The notes: generated by a model not told the origin, from the letters alone. Shown: positions 19,986 to 30,910, numbered from the stretch's first letter. The stretch: 64,000 bases of DNA from an uncultured Chthonomonadaceae bacterium (GCA_963835065.1 CAWIEK010000046.1:119219-183218), one strand, 5' to 3'. Made by a program: numbers and translations.

Positions 19986-21712
19986 GATGGCTCGGAATGA
20001 CCTTGCTCTTGTTGCCGTTGCTGTTGCTTTGTGGGAGGGCGGCAAGGCGTGATGCAGCGTCTGTGATGGTGTTGGATTTTGAAAGCAATGCCGCGCCGCC
20101 TGCCGTTTGGGTAGTCAACATTCCGAATGAGAACGCCTCCGTCACGCTGTCTTCAGACAATCCCTTTGAGGGAAAACGCTGCCTGAAACTGCATTATCAC
20201 TTTACGGGCAAGGGCGAGTTTGAATATCTTGGTATTCCCAACAAGGTGAAGATTCAAACGCCGATCCATAAATTGCGCTTCATGCTGCGCGGGGATAAAT
20301 CCGGGTGTACGCATGGGATTCAGATAACGGATGCGTATGGCGAAACCCACCAGTACAAGTCCGGGAGCATTGATTTTACGGGCTGGAAAGAAAGCGTTTT
20401 TGATCTTGACGCCCCGCATGAAACGTGGGGAGGGGATAAGAACGGCAAGATAGATTATCCCATCACCGGGATTACGCTCACCGTCGGCCAGCCTGCCGAC
20501 AAAACAAAATTGCCCATCGAGAGCGATCTTGCCTTTCGATGCTGTTCGCGTCGAATCCGACAAAAGCGCCGAAGTCACGCTGGGCGGCCAGATTGCCGTA
20601 ACCTCGCCGCGCTTATTGCTCGGACATAAAAGGCGATACGCGCGTAACGCTTGCGGCTCCCGGCTTCAAAAGCGTGACCGTGAAATGCTGGAAGCAGGGA
20701 AGCGGTTTTGGTTCTGATTCCACCGTTGCTACGGTCGCTCTGGATGCGAAAGGCAAGGGTTCCTTTGTGTTTCCCGCCGACGCTTACCCGCATGGCCCCG
20801 ATTACGGCGCGGATTATGGGCGACAATGGAACCGTTCACGATACCTGCTATCTCCAGCTTTACAACAAGGGCGGCGTTTCGTGGAACGAAGGCATACCCA
20901 AAACGGCTCCGCCGGCGGCGAAAGGAATGTCGCTGGTCTTTGCCGATGATTTCAAAGGCCCGCTTTCCATCTCTTCTACCGACCCGAAAGCGACGTATTA
21001 CGATCACAAGCCGCCCAACGGCAGTCAGGACTTCAGTTCGCTGACGTTTACCGGGCGCGAGTCGCCCAACAATCCCTTTACGCAAGTAGACAACTATTTG
21101 CGCATCCGGGCCAGCGAGAGAACCCATAGCGCGGGTTTGATTTCCTCTCTGAAAAATGACGCCAGTGGCATCAAGGTGACGCTGCCCTGCTATTTTGAGT
21201 GTCGGCTTCTCGGCCCCAATGCCATCGGAACATGGCCGGCCTTCTGGCTGATGACCGATTACATGACGGACTACAAACTCAAAGGCGACAAAACCCCCGT
21301 AGACGAACTGGACATTATCGAAGCGTATGGCGGGGAAGGTCCGCGCGAACCAAACGCCGGCGATACCTACATGATTACGCCGCATCGGTGGAATCAGGGC
21401 GAAGAAGGGAAAGCCGAGGAAACCAAAGCCTTCGCCGCCATGCGCAACCCGTGCCACATGTCCAAATTCGGTATTCCGTCCACGTGGTTCGAGACGTTCC
21501 ACACCTACGGCTGCAAAATTACCGCTGCCGACACGATCTACTATTGTGACAATATCGAAGTCGGACGCCACGAAACGTTTCCCGTGTGTAAAGAACGCCC
21601 CCTGTTCTTTATGATCAATCTCGCTACGGGGGGAGGATGGCCGGTAGATTTATCCCGCTACGATGGCCTGGCCGATATGTATGTGGATTACGTTCTAGTT
21701 TATAAACAGTAA
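19979..21712 (+). CDS. Secreted GH16-like glycoside hydrolase with N-terminal carbohydrate-binding-like domain (frameshifted)
   Basis: LVFADDF, GTWPAFWL, ELDIIE catalytic motif, FHTYG, MYVDYV; N-terminal IDFTGWK domain; frame breaks about 20530-20790. Confidence 0.8.
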
Positions 21713-21717
21713 CTTTT

Positions 21718-21826
21718 GGGTATTCAGGTGTTCAGATGTTCGAGTATTCAGGACAATGCAAGATTACCGACGTTCATTTCCGCGCCGTAGGAGCAACACC
21801 TGAACACCTGAATATCTGAATACCTG
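21718..21826. repeat. Palindromic octamer element (GGTRTTCA)n-spacer-(TGAAYACC)n
   Basis: Complementary degenerate arms between the GH16 stop and the kinase SD. Confidence 0.8.
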
Positions 21827-21833
21827 GAGTTGC

Positions 21834-23240
21834 ATGATGCCTACACGCGATGAAGTGCTGTATCCAAAATTGAGTGACGAACAGATCGGGTTTTTGGCCC
21901 AAAAGGGGCGGGAAGTCTGCTACAAAACGGGCGAGATGATTTTTGAAGAGGGACAGCCTGCGGGCAGCCTGCATATCGTGCTGGAAGGGCAGGTGCGGGT
22001 GACGCGGCAGGAGGGAGTTGCCAACAACCTGATTACCGTGCATGGGCCGGGGGAGTTTACCGGGGAATTGTCGCTGCTCACAGGCGGAATCAATGTGGCG
22101 ACGGGGCGGGCGTTGGGCGAGTGCCGGGTTTTGGAAATCAACGCGGAAACGTTTCGGGGCATGTTGGGCAAATGTTCGCCCCTGACGAATACGGTTGTGC
22201 AGGCATTGGCAACGCGGCGTCAGGACGTGGACGCTTTGCAGCAGCAGCGTGAAAAGCTGGCGTCGTTGGGCCTGATGGCAGCGGGGTTGGCGCACGAATT
22301 GAACAACCCCGCTGGCGCGGCCCTGAGCGCGGTGCAAACCCTGCGCGATACGTTCCACACGCAGCAAACCCTGACGCTGCAATTGCACCGCTCCACCAAA
22401 CTGCCGCCCGAACAACACGCCTTTCTCATTGATTTCGCCTGCGAAGCGACCGACAAAAAACTCAAGGCCGAACCGCTCGATCCAATTACGCAGAGTGACC
22501 GGGAAGAAGAGTTGATTGCCTGGCTGGACGAGTACGAAGTTGCCGACAGTTACGAACTCGCGCCGACGTTTGTGGCGAACGGATTAGACAAGGTCGCGCT
22601 GCACAAGGTCGTGGAGACGGTAGATTGCGAAGTTTTGTGCGACGTGTTCGCCTGGCTGGAAGCGCTGCTGAAAATGCGCGGACTGATGGATCAGATCGAA
22701 AGCAGCACGAGCCGCGTGTCCAAACTGGTCACGTCGGTAAAGAAGTACACGTACATGGATCAGGCTCCCATTCAGGAGATTGACGTACACGAGGGCCTGG
22801 ACGACACGCTGACCATGTTGGGCTACAAACTGAAAAAGGCGAGTATCACGGTAGTACGCGAGTATGCGCCCGGCCTGCCCCGCATCTGCGCGTATGGCAG
22901 CGAACTCAATCAGGCGTGGACAAACCTGATTATCAACGCCGTAGACGCGCTGGAAACCGTAAACACCAAACGCGCCCTGCACATACGCACCAAGCCGTCC
23001 GGCGACAGCGTGATTGTGGAAATCGAAGACAACGGGCCGGGGATTCCCATCGCCATACAGGATCGCGTGTTCGACCCGTTCTTCACCACCAAAGATGTCG
23101 GCAAGGGTACGGGCATGGGGCTTGACATCACCAACCGCATTATCACCAAGCGCCATCACGGCGACTTGCAGCTCCTCTCCGAACCCGGCAGCACGTGTTT
23201 TCGCATCCGGCTGCCGATCAAGCCCGTGACCGGTGATTAA
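21834..23240 (+). CDS. cNMP-binding-domain sensor histidine kinase
   Basis: IFEEGQ..GEFTGEL cNMP domain; AHELNNP H-box; NLIINA, DNGPGI, FFTTKDVGKGTGMGL. Confidence 0.93.
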   Translation: MMPTRDEVLYPKLSDEQIGFLAQKGREVCYKTGEMIFEEGQPAGSLHIVLEGQVRVTRQEGVANNLITVHGPGEFTGELSLLTGGINVATGRALGECRVLEINAETFRGMLGKCSPLTNTVVQALATRRQDVDALQQQREKLASLGLMAAGLAHELNNPAGAALSAVQTLRDTFHTQQTLTLQLHRSTKLPPEQHAFLIDFACEATDKKLKAEPLDPITQSDREEELIAWLDEYEVADSYELAPTFVANGLDKVALHKVVETVDCEVLCDVFAWLEALLKMRGLMDQIESSTSRVSKLVTSVKKYTYMDQAPIQEIDVHEGLDDTLTMLGYKLKKASITVVREYAPGLPRICAYGSELNQAWTNLIINAVDALETVNTKRALHIRTKPSGDSVIVEIEDNGPGIPIAIQDRVFDPFFTTKDVGKGTGMGLDITNRIITKRHHGDLQLLSEPGSTCFRIRLPIKPVTGD

Positions 23241-23335
23241 GAACCTGTCCCATTAGGCCGGATACTGAAAGTACCCGGCAGGAAAATACAAGCGTCTTGC
23301 AGACGCAACTGCCGCGCCTATTGGGAGAGGCTCTA
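23240..23335. mobile_element. ~97 bp MITE, copy 1
   Basis: TIRs AGAACCTGTCCCATTAGG / CCTATTGGGAGAGGCTCT, TA(A) flanks; highly similar to the reverse complement of 42025-42122. Confidence 0.8.
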
Positions 23336-23408
23336 AGTAGTTGATAGTTGATTGCGATGACAGGTTTAGGCGTCTAAAAACGAAACACATCGGGAACGGC
23401 GCGGCATG

Positions 23409-24812
23409 TTACCCAAGAGGAAAAGTCACAAGCACCCGCGCCCCGCCGCCGGTACGATTTTGATACAAGACCTCTCCGCGCAAGTCGTAGCGGCTGATGG
23501 TTTCCACCAGTTCTACCCCGGTATTGGCCGAGGTAAGCGGATCAAATCCCGGCGGAAACCCTTCCCCCTCGTCGCAGACTTCAAACTTACCCCTGTTTTC
23601 CTCTACGGCGAAGACAATTTCGATGTTGCCCTTGCCATGCTTGGTAGCGTTGCTCACCAGTTCATTGGCAAGCACGGCTAAGGAGGTTGCCTGACGTATG
23701 GGCAGGAGAATATCTTCGACCTGAAAGCGGAGGTTTCGGCCTTGGGTTATGCCCTGCAGCAGAGGATACAAGCGGTCCAGCGTCGCTCGTGTGGAGAGAT
23801 ATTCGGTTGCGCCTCCCTGTTTACTTTGGTGCGTGAGAAGATCATGAATAACCGCAAGCCCCCGGATGTGCTGGCTCAGGCGCACCAGTTCCGTAGTGGG
23901 AATGGCGTCCATGCCGGTTCCGATTTGCATTTCCACCAGAGCGGAAATTACCTGCAGGTTGTTTTTGACCCGATGGTGTGTTTCCGTCATTGCCCGCTGT
24001 AAGTGCTGGTTGAGAGCCTCAATACGGAGTTGATGCTCATGCAAGGCTTGCTCGGCCTGGCGGCGCTCCGTAAAGTCGCGGAACACCAGAACCACTCCGA
24101 GTATCACGCCCTCGCGGTTGCAGATGGGCGCTCCGCTGTCGTCTATAGGGCGGCGGGCGCCATCCCGCGCTACTAGCAGGGTATGATTGGCAAGGCCGAC
24201 GACGCGCTTTTCGCGCAAAACTTTCGTGACCGGGCTTTCCACCGGGAGAAGGGTTTCTTCATTGACGATCACAAAAACATCGTCCAGCGCCCTGCCAAGC
24301 GCTTCTGCCTGCGGCCATCCTGTCAATTCCTCCGCAACCGGGTTCACGAAAGTCACCCGTCCGAGCGCATCCGTTGTTATCACCGCGTCGCCGATGCTAT
24401 GGAGGGTCGTTGAGAGCCACAGCCGGGCTTCTTCCGCCGTCCGCCTGGCTTGTAGTATTTCGTCTTCATAGCGGCTGCGCTGGCGTACCACCATGAAAAC
24501 GCAGTCATTGACGAACGCCCCATTTTGCTCGCGCCGAACGGCGTTGACCAGCATTGGCAGTTCGCCGCCTTCGGCGGTGCGCAGGGAAAGATACACCTCT
24601 TCTGCCTGCCCCGTAAGCTTAAGCAGTGGAAAGAAATGGGTCTGGTAGAAGATACGGCTGGCGACCGGCAGAAGCGTTTCAAAATGCCGCCCGTTCAACG
24701 TATCCGGCTCATACCCGAGCCACCGGAGCAGGGTGGCGTTGGCGGCAAGAATCCTGCCGTCATCGCCGAAGGAGACGAAACCACAGGGAACGGTGTCGAG
24801 AAGGGAGTCCAT
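23409..24812 (-). CDS. PAS-PAS HisKA_2 histidine kinase (RsbP-type first PAS)
   Basis: PCGF..FYQTHFFPLLKL..EEVYLSL (RsbP-like PAS); ETHHRVKNNLQ; NELVSNA. Confidence 0.9.
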   Translation of the reverse strand: MDSLLDTVPCGFVSFGDDGRILAANATLLRWLGYEPDTLNGRHFETLLPVASRIFYQTHFFPLLKLTGQAEEVYLSLRTAEGGELPMLVNAVRREQNGAFVNDCVFMVVRQRSRYEDEILQARRTAEEARLWLSTTLHSIGDAVITTDALGRVTFVNPVAEELTGWPQAEALGRALDDVFVIVNEETLLPVESPVTKVLREKRVVGLANHTLLVARDGARRPIDDSGAPICNREGVILGVVLVFRDFTERRQAEQALHEHQLRIEALNQHLQRAMTETHHRVKNNLQVISALVEMQIGTGMDAIPTTELVRLSQHIRGLAVIHDLLTHQSKQGGATEYLSTRATLDRLYPLLQGITQGRNLRFQVEDILLPIRQATSLAVLANELVSNATKHGKGNIEIVFAVEENRGKFEVCDEGEGFPPGFDPLTSANTGVELVETISRYDLRGEVLYQNRTGGGARVLVTFPLG

Positions 24813-24818
24813 ACCAAT

Positions 24819-25640
24819 TTATCCACTGCCCGGCGATGTGACATTCAAGTAATCTTTTATCGCGCGGACAGTCTCTTCGGGGTGGCTCATGTGCGGGCAG
24901 TGCCCCGTCGCCGCCATTAAGCGCAGCGTACTGTCAGGAAGGTGGCGATGCAGGTAGTGGCCTACCTCTACCGGCGCGATCAAATCCTCGGCGCACTGCA
25001 AAATCAGGGAGGGAACGGGCACTTTGGGCAAGTCCTCGCGGTTGTCGCCGAAGAACGTGACCTCGGCGAAGCGACGCGCGATAACCGGGTCGGTGGAACA
25101 GAAACTCGCCTCCAACTCCTGCCCCAGTCCCGGTTCCTGTGGATTCGCCATGACAACGGGAGCAAGGTAGTGCGCCCACCCCATGTAGTTCTTTTCCATC
25201 ATCGCAAGCAGGCCTTCAATGTCGGCCCGCTCGAAGCCGCCCACATAATCGGGAGGGGCGTTGAGGTAGCGCGGCGAGGGGCTGACCAGAATCAGTCGCT
25301 CGAAGCGTTCGGGCTGGCGGATAGCCGCCAGCATGCCAACCACGCCGCTCACCGAATGTCCCACGAAGATAATGTCAGACAATTCAAGGGCTTCACAGAC
25401 ATCAAGCACGTCCCGGGCATAACCCTGGAGGCTGCCGTAGCGTTCGAGGCTGTAAGCGGCCAGGTCCGATTTGCCGGACCCGACATAATCCATGAGGATG
25501 ATTCGATAGTCCTCTTCAAAGGCCGGCGTGACGAAGCGCCACATGTTCTGATCGCACCCGAAGCCATGTGCAAACAGCATGGGCTGCGTCCCTTTGCCGA
25601 ACACATTTACGTTATTGCGAGCCAAAACGTTCTGAGGCAT
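24819..25640 (-). CDS. rsbQ: RsbQ/KAI2-like alpha/beta hydrolase
   Basis: [39 protein letters not shown]; start ATG 25640. Confidence 0.9.
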   Translation of the reverse strand: MPQNVLARNNVNVFGKGTQPMLFAHGFGCDQNMWRFVTPAFEEDYRIILMDYVGSGKSDLAAYSLERYGSLQGYARDVLDVCEALELSDIIFVGHSVSGVVGMLAAIRQPERFERLILVSPSPRYLNAPPDYVGGFERADIEGLLAMMEKNYMGWAHYLAPVVMANPQEPGLGQELEASFCSTDPVIARRFAEVTFFGDNREDLPKVPVPSLILQCAEDLIAPVEVGHYLHRHLPDSTLRLMAATGHCPHMSHPEETVRAIKDYLNVTSPGSG

Positions 25641-25879
25641 TGTAATCCTCCTTTGCTTCAAAATCCCTCCTATTGTAGCCGAATGGCGCTGAATTTGCTG
25701 CTGTTGCGAGGGAGAATACCAAAAATCTGTAGACAAAGAAGGAGAATTCTTGTGTGTCAGGGAACAGGAGTCAATCAGGAAGGAATGAAGTCGCGCGCTT
25801 TGCGTATTTCGTATTTTCAGGCGCTTATTTGCTGTTGGCGAGGCATTGCGATTCGCATTCCGCCGCTATGGGAGATTCC

Positions 25880-26149
25880 ATGACCAAAACATGTACGCAT
25901 CTTGATCACATCCATGACGTGCAGCCGAGCGCGAAGGGCTGCGAGGAATGTTTGAAAATGGGCGATACGTGGGTACACCTGCGTATGTGCCGGGAGTGCG
26001 GGCACGTCGGCTGCTGCGACTCCTCCAAAAACAAACATGCCACCAAGCATTTCCACGCTACCAGCCATCCCGTCATGCAGTCGTTCCAGCCGGGCGAAGA
26101 CTGGTACTGGTGCTATGTGGATCAACTCATGTTTGAACTGCAATCCTGA
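25880..26149 (+). CDS. UBP-type zinc finger protein
   Basis: CTHL..GCEECL..WVHLRMCRECGHVGCCDSSKNKHATKHF..WCYVD. Confidence 0.92.
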   Translation: MTKTCTHLDHIHDVQPSAKGCEECLKMGDTWVHLRMCRECGHVGCCDSSKNKHATKHFHATSHPVMQSFQPGEDWYWCYVDQLMFELQS

Positions 26150-26187
26150 AACTTACCTGGTCGTATGTCAAAAGACAGGAGCATCAC

Positions 26188-26469
26188 ATGCTTGCCAGTC
26201 TTATCACCCTGATGGGAGTAATCGCCTTCCTTGCCGTCGGAATAGGGGTGTTTCTCATAGTCGTTGGTATTGCGATTCATGTTGGAATGTCATTGGTAGA
26301 AACCATACGGCATTTACGGAGTCCCGCTCCCCAATACCATGAAGACTACTCGCCGCAAGTACATCCAATCGTTGAACGCTTCGTTAAAATAGGAGCGGGA
26401 ACGCTTATATTAGGCACTATGATGGTATTTCTTACACTTTGGCTTGGCTGTGCTTTTCCTAAAAGGTGA
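26188..26469 (+). CDS. Hypothetical small membrane protein
   Basis: AGGAG SD, two hydrophobic segments. Confidence 0.55.
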   Translation: MLASLITLMGVIAFLAVGIGVFLIVVGIAIHVGMSLVETIRHLRSPAPQYHEDYSPQVHPIVERFVKIGAGTLILGTMMVFLTLWLGCAFPKR

Positions 26470-26507
26470 ATATAACATTGTTGCGGCAGTGAACTGGTAT
26501 CTTTGCT

Positions 26508-26531
26508 ATACTCGTCAAAGAGAACTTTCAT
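26508..26531 (-). pseudogene. Stub of a DUF5615/VapC45-like PIN toxin
   Basis: MKVLFDE start overlapping the DUF433 stop (ATGA); similarity is lost after about 7 codons. Confidence 0.5.
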
Positions 26532-27908
26532 TCAAGCGGCAACCCTTCCAGCAGTTTTTGTCCTGCCATTTGAATAGCCTGTACAGCCTGTTCGCGGGTA
26601 ACAGTGGGAAAACATTCGAGAAAAACGTCAAGGCTTTCGCCACCGGCGAGGTAATCCCATAAATCCTGAACAGGAACCCGCGTCCCGGTGAAGCAGGGCA
26701 TACCGCCCATGCGTTCCGCATCAATGGAAACGATTGTGGAACGTGGATCGAAAGGCGGAACTTGCTCCGTATTTGTTTTATACTAACGGCGGGTGATAAG
26801 TTCATGGTGTAAAATAAAGGGCATGAAACGCCTTCTTACCCTTACCGACGACCAACGCGCCGAACTTGTTCGCCGCTACAAAACCGAAAAGAATGTGCGG
26901 CTCCGCGACCGCCTCCAATGTGTTCTCTTGAAAGCGGACGGGCGTACCAACCGCGACATTGCAGCCGTCCTCTTTACCAGCGAACAGAGCGTACATGATT
27001 GGCTCGACCGCTAGGAGAGAGGCGGACTAGACGCTCTGTGCGCGTGGGACGTGGGAGGTTCTGAGCCTCACCTCACTCCCACGCAACTCGAACAACTCTC
27101 TGAGGAAGTAGACAAAACCCACTTTCAGACGGCCAAGCACGTCTGCGCGTGGGTGCAACACACCTTCGGCGTGGGCTACTCGGAACGCGCAATGCGCGAG
27201 TTGCTCCACCGTCTGGGCTACTCCCGTCAGAAAGCGCATCTGGTTCCTGCCCAGGCCGACCCGGCCGCGCAGGAAGATTTTTTAAAGGAGTATGAGCAAG
27301 CCAAGCGCGAGCGAACGTCAGACGCGCAAGTGCTGTTTGCCGATGCGGTTCACTTCCTGCACAATGTGCATCCGGGCTGTTTGTGGGCCAAGCGCGGAAA
27401 GCGTCCGGCCTTATGCGCCAACTCCGGTCGCTCCCGTTACAGCGTGTTGGGCAGTTACTCCGCTGTGGACGGGCAGTATGTGGGCGTGGCGACGGCGGGG
27501 ATGATCAATGCGCAGACCGTCCTCACGTGGATAGACGCTTTAGAAGCGGCGTTTCCCGACGCCTCTACCATTACGGTGTATGTGGACAATGCCCGCTACT
27601 TTCATGCCCGCCTGGTCAAAGCGCATCTGGTGGGCAAACGCGTTGTTTTGGTGTACTTGCCGCCCTACTCGTCCAACCTCAATCTGATTGAGCGCTTGTG
27701 GAAGTTTTGCAAGAAGCGGGTCTTGTGCCACTTCTACCAGACGTTCGCGCAGTTCACCGAGGCGATTGAGGCGTTTTTCGCCGACATTGGACGCTACAAG
27801 GAGGAATTAGCCACTCTGATGACCGAGAACTTTGAACTTCTCACCTGCCGTTAGTATATACAGCAAGCTTGCCGTTTCTGGTGTGGTCAACTGCTCCCGA
27901 ACAGCCAT
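26528..27908 (-). pseudogene. DUF433 antitoxin-like gene interrupted by IS630
   Basis: RMGGMPCFTGTRVPV..FPTVTREQ; removing the IS plus one TA restores one frame from ATG 27908 (MAVREQ..LLYKTNTEQ..). Confidence 0.8.
26781..27856 (+). mobile_element. IS630-family insertion sequence; transposase 26823-27854 with in-frame TAG at 27012
   Basis: TIRs TACTAACGGCGGGTGATAAGTTCA / TGAACTTCTCACCTGCCGTTAGTA, TA duplication; DNARYF and LPPYSSNLNLIERLW motifs. Confidence 0.93.
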
Positions 27909-27913
27909 CTCCG

Positions 27914-28492
27914 CTACGAAAGTAGCATTCGGCAGCAGAAGTTGACATGTCGGCCAGTCCTCATAGCCGCTTCCGTTTCAGCCTGCACCCAGAATACAAC
28001 ATCGTATTCTTCCCCAAAACGGTAGGTATATTCTATCGCCAACTGACTTTTACCGACGCCTCCCGAGCCTGAAACCCCGGCGACATGGCTTTCCGTCAAA
28101 TTGGCTCTAAGCGTCTTCAGTTCCTGTTCGCGTCCTGTAAAAAACATGTTCCGTGGGAAGGGGAGCGAATTTAACTTTTTAGTGTCACGCGCCTCTGTTG
28201 GGAATGGTTCATAGCAAGAAGGATCAATTGTAGCACCAAACACAACAAATAAATTTATGAGGCCGGCGTGATTGACGGCATGACTGCCAGTGAGTATATT
28301 TCGGACAGTATTATGAGAGACCTTGTATCCTCCATTGGTTCTAGCTTCGTCCTGAGACTTGTTGGCTATCTTGGTATATAGCGCCTCGCCCGCACAATCC
28401 GTAGATAGCTCAGATAACTTGGGCTGCAGGCGTTTGTAGCCAATATCAGTAAGGCGTAAACTCTTCGCGGTATTTTGTCGTTCATTCCCCAT
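27914..28492 (-). pseudogene. Truncated NB-ARC/STAND NTPase with N-terminal HTH-like region
   Basis: LPFPRNMFFTGRE, Walker A GSGGVGKS, YDVVFWV, then abrupt loss of similarity. Confidence 0.75.
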
Positions 28493-28817
28493 TCTTACTT
28501 CCTCACTTCTGCTTCACGCTTGCATCCATTCATTTCCAAATCAATCCAACAACGTTTGCCTCTTGCAACTAAATTTAAATTTCCAACTTGTTACCAACAA
28601 TGTTCAGGTTTCCTAGACGAATAACGTTGGTTGGAATACACTATTCTCGTTGAATGGTACGAATTCCTGCGCTTTCGCCACAAAAAAGCACTGCAGATTT
28701 CACATTGGGCGAATTCATTGGGGAGCGAGTCTAATCCCACCCGGAAAGGAGCAAGGCCAGCGATTATTTCATCAACTGCCATAACATCGTGTTCACTTTA
28801 CCATCTGGAGGTTTACT

Positions 28818-29715
28818 ATGTTGCTGTCAGCAACTAATCGCCATTCAAAATGGCTTCTGGTTGTTTGTGCCGTCCTTGCGGCCTTCCTGGGGTTGTCTAT
28901 CTGGTTCAGATCGCCCAAAGCTCACGCGCAACCGCAAAGGAATGACGTTTCAAAGCCCGCCCCTGCGCCAACCAACTCGTCCGGCGCGGGCAAAGAGGAA
29001 GCGGTGACGCCCGAAATCTTGCCGATGCCTGCGCCGGACCCGGTTGAAGCGAAGGTCGCTGAGACAAACGAAGTCATCGCGCAAAAGATGAAGTTCGCTG
29101 CCGCAATTGACAAGAAGATCGCCGCGCTGCTCCAAGTCATCTCGATGTGCGAACAATCAACCCAGGATTTGACCCATGACGTCATTAACGCAGGGCCTGA
29201 AGTCCCCGATTCTGTTATCCAGCAAATGCGGCACAGGATTACCCAACTTAAAAAAACGGCAGCCGCGGCTCGGTACCAAGTCGCTCTGTTCGCGATAGCT
29301 CACTCCAACCTGGACTGGCGCACAGCCCAACTCATGGAGCAGGTCGTGAACACACTGAGGCCGAACCCTGATCGCCTCCTCAAGCTGCGCAAGAAGTACA
29401 ACATCGGGGTCAGTGACATTGTGGGTGGAATCTCCGCTCAGGATCCCAACATCGGGGTCAGCGACATGGAGCGGATTTCCGCTCAATATCCCAGCATCGC
29501 GAGCGATCTGGAGCATATTTCCGCCGAATACCAGGCTCGAATTCGATGCCGAAGCCGCACATGTCTTCAGCCAGGCGGCCGATTGGCAGGTTGCCGCTCG
29601 CGCACTGGAGCAATTCGAACATGAGCGCAAACTTCGGGCAAGCGAATCTACGAACGTCAACCAGTGGAAAGAGCATCTTCTTTCTAATAGCGACTGGCGC
29701 GGGGAGGTGTACTGA
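28818..29715 (+). CDS. Hypothetical membrane-anchored helical protein with short internal repeats (apparent frameshift near 29535)
   Basis: GGAGG SD, N-terminal TM segment, repeat NIGVSD....ISAQ. Confidence 0.55.
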
Positions 29716-29717
29716 AC

Positions 29718-30719
29718 ATGAGAATCACGCTCGCTCAAAACAAATTCCCTGTGGCTTCCGGGCCGCATCTGACAGGGACGCAAGCCCGAATGTACCTGAC
29801 AACTCTTGGCCTCGCTCTCATGGGTGGAGTTCTGGCCCAGGTGAACGCGCAATCTTCCGGGCATTCCGGGCGTAGCACCGGGGCGGCTGCCCAGAACAAA
29901 CCTGTGACTCGCGCGGAGCATCCGGGGGAGAGCAGCGAGGTCGGGGCTTTCTGGAATCTACAACGGTTTCTCGTTCTGAATTCGCTGGAAGCTCTGCGGG
30001 GAGACGATATCCAGTTCAAAGTGCCTCCTTATCAGCGCATCCCGGCGGAGCAGGCGCCTGTGTATCAGACCGCAGGCGTAGTGTTCCCTCAAGAGCCGGA
30101 ATCGCAGCCTGGAATTCCCTACGACCAGCCGAGTACGCTGATCAAAAGCCACGACAACGCGCGTCTTGTCCCCTCCGATGCCGCCGCGCGTATTCGGGGA
30201 GACTGGTCGGCCGTTCAGCTTGCGTCCCGCAGTATCAAGGACGAAATCGGAGCGGACGGCGTACCCTACTCGGACCCTCCTCCTGCTCAAACCCAGACGC
30301 AGTTGGAGTACGGGCCGGAACGCACCGTTGAAGCCGGCCCGGTGGCCTACTCTGCGTCCGGCGGCCTCTACCAAAGCGGGTTTTACGTTCACCGCGACCT
30401 GGTCGCCACGCAGAGCGTGGTTCAATACGCCCCGGCGAGTTTCTGCGACAACCTGACTGAACAGCGATTCATGTATCCGTTCCGGGACGTGCCAGTGTAC
30501 AAAGAGAATCTATGTCATACCGAGGCGTGTCAGGCAGGAAACAATGCGGCGCGTCGTTTCCTGAAACTGGCTCATTCGGCCCCGACGTCGCAACGACGGG
30601 GCTTCTACGCGCGCCGGGCCGCATGGAAATACCATTTGGCCTATGTGGATGCCTATCATAAATGCAAGACAAGGATGAGTCGAAGGTTCTTATCCGTAAC
30701 AGCGTTGAATGGACGTTGA
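29718..30719 (+). CDS. Hypothetical exported protein
   Basis: GGAGGT SD, hydrophobic segment, 333-aa ORF. Confidence 0.55.
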   Translation: MRITLAQNKFPVASGPHLTGTQARMYLTTLGLALMGGVLAQVNAQSSGHSGRSTGAAAQNKPVTRAEHPGESSEVGAFWNLQRFLVLNSLEALRGDDIQFKVPPYQRIPAEQAPVYQTAGVVFPQEPESQPGIPYDQPSTLIKSHDNARLVPSDAAARIRGDWSAVQLASRSIKDEIGADGVPYSDPPPAQTQTQLEYGPERTVEAGPVAYSASGGLYQSGFYVHRDLVATQSVVQYAPASFCDNLTEQRFMYPFRDVPVYKENLCHTEACQAGNNAARRFLKLAHSAPTSQRRGFYARRAAWKYHLAYVDAYHKCKTRMSRRFLSVTALNGR

Positions 30720-30788
30720 AAACACCTCCATTCGACGCGCGCGGAAAGTCTAATGGGAAAATATCTGAACAGCAAGGCAATTCAGATG

Positions 30789-30904
30789 TAGCTGCAAATA
30801 GACGCGAATAAACGCAAATGAACTTCTGTAATCATGCGCTAATACTACTCTAAAGCATGAGCCGGGACATTCTATTTGCGTGTATTCGCGTCTATTTGCG
30901 GCTA
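30789..30904. repeat. Palindromic element with (AAATAGACGC)-type arms
   Basis: TAGCTGCAAATAGACGCGAATAAACGCAAAT ... ATTTGCGTGTATTCGCGTCTATTTGCGGCTA. Confidence 0.85.
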
Positions 30905-30910
30905 AATTGA

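Noticed and set aside
27012..27014. Amber/pyrrolysine readthrough or an alternative genetic code
   Set aside because: TAG ends many normal genes here (rpsL, rpsG, fusA); the codon most likely derives from a Tyr codon by a point mutation.
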